From NCBI GenBank assembly GCA_963711835.1, contig CAVQFQ010000008.1:64239-128238 (forward strand): 64,000 nt of DNA, in the 5' to 3' direction. How positions within the stretch are numbered: position 1 is the first letter of the stretch; each line of letters starts with the position of its first letter. A model generated the notes under the pieces. It searched no databases. It was not told the origin of the DNA and saw nothing but the letters and a program-made list of their open reading frames with translations. The stretch is from an uncultured delta proteobacterium. Its GTDB lineage: Bacteria; Desulfobacterota; RBG-13-43-22. Position numbers and translations under genes: made by a program. This document shows positions 58,649 to 64,000 of this stretch, one piece after another.

Positions 58649-58848
58649 CTTTATGCTCCTCAACGATGCCTTGGATTTCACTCAGTTTTTTTCGGATTCA
58701 GCTTGTGATGGACAGCCAACGACACAATGGGTTCCAGCCAGAATTTTGCCTCTCCGCTTTCACATGTCACGTGGATATGGATACGAACTTCTTCGTTTGA
58801 CAGGAAATAAAACCGGTATCCTTTTTCTCTGAAAACTGAAGGACTCAT
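58605..58848 (-). pseudogene. DUF4160 family protein, frameshifted at an A7 run
   Basis: MSPSVFREKGYRFYFLSNEEVRIHIHV...AKFWLEP. A7 at 58686-58692 causes a stop at 58678, whereas A6 would give ...LSEIQGIVEEHKDEIVQAWRNHFSKR*. Confidence 0.82.
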
Positions 58849-58892
58849 ATTTTAAATATTACCATATAACTTAAGTTTCTGCCTTTATTTCC

Positions 58893-59017
58893 ATCTAATG
58901 GCGGAATTGAACCGCAACTGCAGACGGCGCCTGGGGCGAACGCTTGCGATTGATCCTTTTAGCGCCGGCAAGTCCGATCGCCCCCCAGGGGGTGCCCGTT
59001 CGAATGACTTGTTCCCG
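58893..59017 (-). other. Degenerate attC site (~125 bp)
   Basis: Minus strand gggAACAAGTCATTCGAAC...GGTCAATTCCGCC-ATTAGAT; both core sites are mutated. Confidence 0.55.
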
Positions 59018-59148
59018 TGTACCGACCGCCAGCTGAAGAAATGGTATCTTCCCGATTAAGGTCCAGGGCTTCTCATGGATCCCATTAAAGAGTTAAAAGC
59101 AGACTTGATCCCTTCAATGCGATGAAGTCATTCGCCCCGATAGGTGTT

Positions 59149-59763
59149 TCAATCGAGAGGAAACGAGCCGGTCTGGAGACTCCCCCCGCGGCGATAAACA
59201 CTGACGATGGCGCCCTTGCTGGTGGTGCCGGAGCTCACGAGCGTGAGCATGGTGGGCACGGCGCCGGCGCCGAAGAGACGTTTGCCGGTGCCGAGGATCA
59301 CCGGAAAGGTCAAAAGCCGGTATTCGTCGATGAGGTCGTTCGCGATCAGCGTTTGGGCCAGGCCGCAACTTCCGTGAACCTGCACCTCGCGGGAAAAACG
59401 CTTTTTGAGGTCGACGACTTCTTTGGTGACCTCTCGAACCTGTGAGGTTTTACTCCAGCTAAACGTTGTCCGCGTACGGGAAGCCACAAATTTCGGAAGT
59501 GAATTGAGTTTGCCGGCAATAAGGTCATTGGGATCCAGGACCCTCGGCCAATAGGCCGAGAAAATATCGTAAGTGGTCCGCCCAAGAAGGAAGGCATCCG
59601 CCTTCGAGAAAATCTCGACCATAGTTTTCATCATGTCCGCATCGACATGGGGAACGAGCCAGCCGCCATGAGGAAAGTTCCCACTCGTGTCCTCGTTCGG
59701 GCCGCCGGGCGCCTGCATAACGCCATCGAGCGTCAGGAAAGTAGTCAGGGTAAGTTCAGCCAT
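59149..59763 (-). CDS. Dihydrofolate reductase-like (RibD C-terminal) protein
   Basis: TLDGVMQAPGG, LLGRTTY, VHGS and LIDEYRLLTFPVILGTGKRLF motifs. Confidence 0.92.
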   Translation of the reverse strand: MAELTLTTFLTLDGVMQAPGGPNEDTSGNFPHGGWLVPHVDADMMKTMVEIFSKADAFLLGRTTYDIFSAYWPRVLDPNDLIAGKLNSLPKFVASRTRTTFSWSKTSQVREVTKEVVDLKKRFSREVQVHGSCGLAQTLIANDLIDEYRLLTFPVILGTGKRLFGAGAVPTMLTLVSSGTTSKGAIVSVYRRGGSLQTGSFPLD

Positions 59764-59781
59764 GAGGTTCTCCTATTTTGC

Positions 59782-59988
59782 GAACCTGTGCCTCGGTCTG
59801 CCCGACCGCGGCCGTTGTCGTAAAGGATTCGGTGATTACCGAGCCGGAACGATGGATCATCTGCCATGCCTGTGTGAAAAATTGTCCGACCGAGACCAGA
59901 GTGATGGAGGTCGAAAGGATCAAAAAAAATGGCCGATTGGTTACGCACCCATTGTGCCCAACGGAAAGAGCCTGAAATATTTTTGTAG
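59782..59988 (+). pseudogene. Duplicated 3' fragment of the EFR1 ferredoxin gene
   Basis: About 90% identical by eye to 52484-52689, with a Cys-to-Trp change and a frameshift. Confidence 0.9.
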
Positions 59989-60051
59989 CGGGAAGCTGAG
60001 CCTGAGCCCGTAGTATGGGCGATTGGGTGCACCCAGCCGTTATGCCGTTTT

Positions 60052-60690
60052 TTAATGGCAGTCGTCACAAACCTCTCCACGCAAGCCTTCAAAACCCTCT
60101 CGTGCGATGATCGGCACCATGATTAGTGCTGCCACGGGGTCAGCCCACCACCAGCGAAAAAGCGCATTAAGCGCAAGTCCTCCAAGAAGAATGGCCGAAA
60201 GATAGGCACAAAGATAAGTCTGTCGGGAGTCTGCCTTCATAGCCCGGCTTCCCAGGTTTGAGGCCGACAGGCGTTTTGCGCGAGCGAGGAGAGGCATGAT
60301 GATGAGCGAGGCGACAGATAAACCGATACCAACGAGGCTGGTTTGCGGCGGCTCATAAACGAGGAGGGACTTGATGGCATCGAAGGCAACGTATGCTGCG
60401 AGGATAAGAAAACTAATGCCCACGAGCTTGAGAGCAATCTTTTCGCGGCTTTCATCGTGAGTTGGAGAGGATAGCCTCCAGAGGAGCACCGAGCCGGAAA
60501 GACTTTCAATAAGAGAATCGACGCCGAAACCTACCAGTGCGATACTACCGGCAAACCATCCGGCACCAATAGCAACACCGGCCTCAACCATGTTCCAGCC
60601 GATGGTAAAATACTCAAGTTTTCGGCCATGCCGCAAATGCTCTGTGCGTTCAACAGAAGAGCAATGAGAACACCCATCAGTATCAGTCAT
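60052..60690 (-). CDS. Short cation diffusion facilitator-type transporter
   Basis: GSIALVGFGVDSLIE, ADSRQT and WWWADPVAAL; Cys/His termini (CSHC, CDDCH). Confidence 0.85.
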   Translation of the reverse strand: MTDTDGCSHCSSVERTEHLRHGRKLEYFTIGWNMVEAGVAIGAGWFAGSIALVGFGVDSLIESLSGSVLLWRLSSPTHDESREKIALKLVGISFLILAAYVAFDAIKSLLVYEPPQTSLVGIGLSVASLIIMPLLARAKRLSASNLGSRAMKADSRQTYLCAYLSAILLGGLALNALFRWWWADPVAALIMVPIIAREGFEGLRGEVCDDCH

Positions 60691-60755
60691 ACATTTCTCC
60701 TATTTCTGCTTTCGTATTCTTGCTGTTCTGGTGGTATTCTGAGGTCGGGCTTAGA

Positions 60756-60862
60756 TATTTTCAAGGCCTATCTCGTCGTTTTCGGCCCCGAAAAGAGCAC
60801 GGGTAACGAGCAATAAGAGAAAGATTTACTACCCGGATTTTTCCGGTTTAGGAAAAAATCCG
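60756..60862. repeat. ~105-bp dispersed direct repeat, copy B
   Basis: Near-identical to 56888-56993; ends 9 bp before the RAYT left inverted repeat. Confidence 0.9.
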
Positions 60863-60871
60863 TGAATTCCA

Positions 60872-61945
60872 GGGGACGTTGGTTCTAGATTGCATATTCA
60901 GGGCGGCGGAGTTCAGGCAACTCCTTGGAGTTGGCCAACCGGGTAACGGAGGAAGTGCTGGCCCCCAAGTAACGCGCCACTTCGGCCCCCGAATATCCGA
61001 ATTTCTTGACCGCCAGTTGGCAAAAAAGTCTTCGGATCTTTACCACCTTTCCGACCCGGCTTCCGGATCGAACCAAATCCCACTCCACCCCTTCTGAACG
61101 AGAAACCCGGGAAGACAATTTTTTGAGGTCGATTTTCCCGGCCTTGAGTCTGAGGGTTTCCTGCAATTTTCCCTCTGCCTGGGACAATACCTCTGCAATG
61201 AACTCTCCGCCGCCCAAAATCCGCTCATCCGAGGCCAGCCGGTCCCCATGCCTCCGCAGGGACAGCACCTGGGACCAGCCTCCGGCGCTCCGTATCAAAC
61301 CTCCGCCAACTAAATCCGGCCGCCTGCCCATCGGCACCCCTTCGGCCACGAATCGCTCATACCCGATTCGGGCCTTCGATATTTTTCGACCGAAAAAAGA
61401 GAGGACTGTTTCCGTTTCCTGCCATTCCCGCTTCTCTTTCCCCACCAAGGTCGAGTGGCCGGTCCAGGGATATTCTTTCAGCTCAGCCAGGTCGGTCACC
61501 ACCCCGCCCCGCAGGGGATTCAGGTGAATATAGCGCGTCAATTCCAGGAGGTAGGGCTCCTCCTCGCAGACAATGGATTTGTAGCGGTTCTGGAAGAGAT
61601 GGCCGTATCGCCTGTGCCGTCGATTAAAGTTGACCACATATCCGGTCATTAGTTTTCTCATATTCGAAGCGAGAGGCCATTTTGCAGTCCGGACTAAAAG
61701 ATGGAAATGGTTAGGCATCAACGACCAGGCATAAACCACCCAGGACTTTTCGCTGACCAGTTCCTCCAGGCGAGTCAGGAAGTCCTCCCGGTCTTTGCGA
61801 TTGCGGAATATTTTGCTTCCTTCAATCCCCCGGGCCATTACATGGTGCAAAACCCCTGGCGCATCTAATCGGGCTTGTCTGGGCATGCCTAATATTTACC
61901 ACCCTTTTTTGCTTCTTGTCAATGCAACTTAGAATCAACGTCCCC
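60872..61945 (-). mobile_element. RAYT-type element bounded by 24-bp inverted repeats
   Basis: ggggacgttggttctagattgcat (60872-60895) and atgcaacttagaatcaacgtcccc (61922-61945), 21/24 complementary. Confidence 0.8.
60885..61886 (-). CDS. REP-associated tyrosine (Y1/HUH) transposase with C-terminal HTH
   Basis: MPRQAR...HHVMARG, LMPNHFHLL (HUH), GHLFQNRYKS, RYIHLNP (catalytic Tyr) and a C-terminal SGAEVARYLG HTH. Confidence 0.92.
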   Translation of the reverse strand: MPRQARLDAPGVLHHVMARGIEGSKIFRNRKDREDFLTRLEELVSEKSWVVYAWSLMPNHFHLLVRTAKWPLASNMRKLMTGYVVNFNRRHRRYGHLFQNRYKSIVCEEEPYLLELTRYIHLNPLRGGVVTDLAELKEYPWTGHSTLVGKEKREWQETETVLSFFGRKISKARIGYERFVAEGVPMGRRPDLVGGGLIRSAGGWSQVLSLRRHGDRLASDERILGGGEFIAEVLSQAEGKLQETLRLKAGKIDLKKLSSRVSRSEGVEWDLVRSGSRVGKVVKIRRLFCQLAVKKFGYSGAEVARYLGASTSSVTRLANSKELPELRRPEYAI

Positions 61946-62081
61946 TTTTAACGGTATTATAATATGCGTAACAGTTTAGTCCTTTTTTACTTTTTTTGAA
62001 TCTCCGCTCACAATTTTCTTGACTTGTGGGCTTTTTTTGGTCTAATAGTATGAGTAAAAATACTCATTTAATGGAGGGACT

Positions 62082-62357
62082 ATGAAACGAAAGGATATTT
62101 TACTCAAACGGCAGGCCCGCCTTAAAGAGGACCTTACGGCCATGCTCGATAGCTTTGTTATCGGGACAGTGGCCAAGTCTCCTTCCATGACCGGTCATAG
62201 CCTGACGACCAAGGTGCAAGGGAAAACGGTAACGCTCTATGTCCGAAAAAGCATAGTTCCTATGGCTTTGGAGATGAGTAAACAGTATAAGAAACTCTGG
62301 ACGCTCATACAAACTCTGTCCAAGGTCAACTGGGAAATCCTGAACCTGGACCGGTAA
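62082..62357 (+). CDS. IS-associated small accessory protein
   Basis: SD ggaggg; LTTKVQGKTVTLYVR; lies inside the IS, 2 nt before the transposase. Confidence 0.75.
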   Translation: MKRKDILLKRQARLKEDLTAMLDSFVIGTVAKSPSMTGHSLTTKVQGKTVTLYVRKSIVPMALEMSKQYKKLWTLIQTLSKVNWEILNLDR

Positions 62358-62359
62358 GA

Positions 62360-63895
62360 ATGCCTTACGCCTATCCGCCCCGAGATTTCGAATGTCTCTA
62401 TAGACACCATTGTCCGTATCTGGATGGATTGTCTACTACCTGGGTTTTTGAAGAATACCGGCAGGCCGCCGATCAGTACCAGGAACATCTGCGGATTATC
62501 GAAACGTTAGGCGATGGTCTAAAAACAAGAGATGACCAGATACGCCTTCTGGAACGGGAAAATGCGGAACTTAAAGCCAAACTGACGGCAGTCCACCAAC
62601 GGCAATTTAAAGTCAATAAAAAGAAGGACTTAAAAAGCAGCGAGCCGGTTGCCTCGTTGTTGATGGTGGAGAAGAAACGCGGGGCGCCGGTAGGTCATCC
62701 GGGCTGGTTGCGGCCCAAACCGGACCATATTGACCGGACCGTTCAGGTACCGGCTCCGATCGTCTGTCCCCATTGCCGTTCCGATACCTTAACGTTGATG
62801 GAAGAAACCACGGAACATCTTCAGGAAGATATTGTCATCCAGCCCAGAACCGTGGTCACCCAATATCTCCATGGGCAGGCCTTCTGTCCCCGGTGCAATC
62901 GTCCGGTTGTTCAGGCCGGCGAGGATGAACTGTTGAACGCCCCTATCGGGCCGGTGGCCAAGTCCACGGCTGTTTATTTACGCTATCGAATGGGGATTCC
63001 TTATAGAAAAGTCACTGCATTGTTCCGGGAGTTGTTCGGTTTAAAGTTTGTTCCGGCCTCAGCCCTGGGTTTTGATCGGAAAGCCGCTGACCGGGGTAGG
63101 CCGATCTATGAGGATTTGCGCCAGAAGATCAGGGCCTCCGACGTGGTCCATGCCGACGAAACCTCATGGCGCAATGACGGCCTGAATCATTATGTCTGGT
63201 ATGCCGGTCATGAAAACTTGGCCTTCTTTCACCTTGATCGGCACCGCTCCGCCGAGGTGGCCCGGTCTATCTTCGGAAAGAATTTCCAAGGTACGTTGAT
63301 ACGCGATCGTTATGCGGCCTATAATGGAATCGGCCTGAATTGGCAAGCCTGTTTGGCTCATATCATCACCAAGGCCAAAGAAATCAAAGGGGAACAGGCC
63401 CTCCTGCCGGATTCGGAGCAAGATCCATACGTCAATCCTTTCACCAGCGGCCTCAAGGATCTCTGCTCCAAGGCCTGCGACCTAGGCCAGAAACTAAAAT
63501 CCGCTGACCTCTCCTACCCGTCGGTCAAACGGATCGAAAATCAGTTCCTTAAAAAACTTACCGGCCTCTGCCAACAACCGCTTGGTTTCAAGCCTGCCGA
63601 AACGCTACGTAAGTATCTTCTCGGCCCTGAGCAGAAAAACCTCTTTACCTTCCTCCGTATCCCTGGTGTCCCCCCTACCAACAATCAGGCCGAACAATCC
63701 CTGAGGTATCTGGTCATCTTCCGTAAGGTCTGTTTTGGAACCCGCTCCCAAAGCGGGCTTGAGACCCATAGCCTCCTTCCCAGTCTGGTTCACACCGCTA
63801 TAAGGCAAGGCATCCATCCCCGGGAGTTTCTCCAAACCCTCCTGACCGCCGATACGGCCTCGGCTCAAAAGGCCCTTTATAATAATTCCAGTTGA
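62360..63895 (+). CDS. IS66 family transposase (TnpC-like)
   Basis: Coiled coil, GAPVGHPG, CPHC...CPRC Zn finger, HADETSW, RDRYAAY, QACLAHI and PTNNQAEQSLR. Confidence 0.94.
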   Translation: MPYAYPPRDFECLYRHHCPYLDGLSTTWVFEEYRQAADQYQEHLRIIETLGDGLKTRDDQIRLLERENAELKAKLTAVHQRQFKVNKKKDLKSSEPVASLLMVEKKRGAPVGHPGWLRPKPDHIDRTVQVPAPIVCPHCRSDTLTLMEETTEHLQEDIVIQPRTVVTQYLHGQAFCPRCNRPVVQAGEDELLNAPIGPVAKSTAVYLRYRMGIPYRKVTALFRELFGLKFVPASALGFDRKAADRGRPIYEDLRQKIRASDVVHADETSWRNDGLNHYVWYAGHENLAFFHLDRHRSAEVARSIFGKNFQGTLIRDRYAAYNGIGLNWQACLAHIITKAKEIKGEQALLPDSEQDPYVNPFTSGLKDLCSKACDLGQKLKSADLSYPSVKRIENQFLKKLTGLCQQPLGFKPAETLRKYLLGPEQKNLFTFLRIPGVPPTNNQAEQSLRYLVIFRKVCFGTRSQSGLETHSLLPSLVHTAIRQGIHPREFLQTLLTADTASAQKALYNNSS

Positions 63896-64000
63896 TCTTT
63901 TTTCTTTCTGTCAGGCATAATTACTATCAACTGTTTCCCGGTTTAATCTGTCTATGAACTTGTTTGGGACAACTGTTCCCTCAAAAAAAAGGACTAAACT

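Larger units (their letters stand above)
61968..64000 (+). mobile_element. IS66-family insertion sequence (right end clipped by the window)
   Basis: Left end GTAACAGTTTAGTCCTTTTTT; complementary AAAAAAGGACTAAACT at 63985-64000. Confidence 0.88.

Overview
This window looks like chromosomal DNA from an anaerobic Desulfobacterota (deltaproteobacterium)-like organism; that assignment is inferred from gene content. 1-9.3 kb holds housekeeping genes: a partial thermonuclease, UDP-glucuronate decarboxylase, an aminotransferase, mnmA, mtaB, an acuB-like gene, tRNA-Leu and ribF, plus a nested MITE. 9.5-27.6 kb is an unusual complex I operon with four antiporter-type subunits and an atypical input module (NuoE, a NuoF-GltD/NfnB fusion, a flavin-less mini-NuoF, and a Mo-free NuoG/FdhA-like subunit). 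It is followed by a heme-motif sensor kinase, a sigma-54 regulator, archaemetzincin and a two-subunit fumarase. 35-45 kb holds tgt, rph, rdgB, murJ and four more tRNAs. A small island between two convergent tRNA-Leu genes hides a probable DUF2892 selenoprotein (in-frame UGA at the conserved Cys plus a SECIS-like hairpin) that the ORF track misses. 45-51 kb holds a MacAB-TolC-type exporter and glycerate kinase. 51-64 kb is a mosaic accessory region: benzoate-CoA ligase, integron-type attC sites with a DUF4160/DUF2442 cassette but no integrase in view, locally duplicated fragments, a RAYT-type HUH transposase with terminal inverted repeats, and an IS66 element running off the window end. Several single-base frameshifts in short homopolymers may be assembly errors. 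All product calls come from motif recognition by eye, not database searches.
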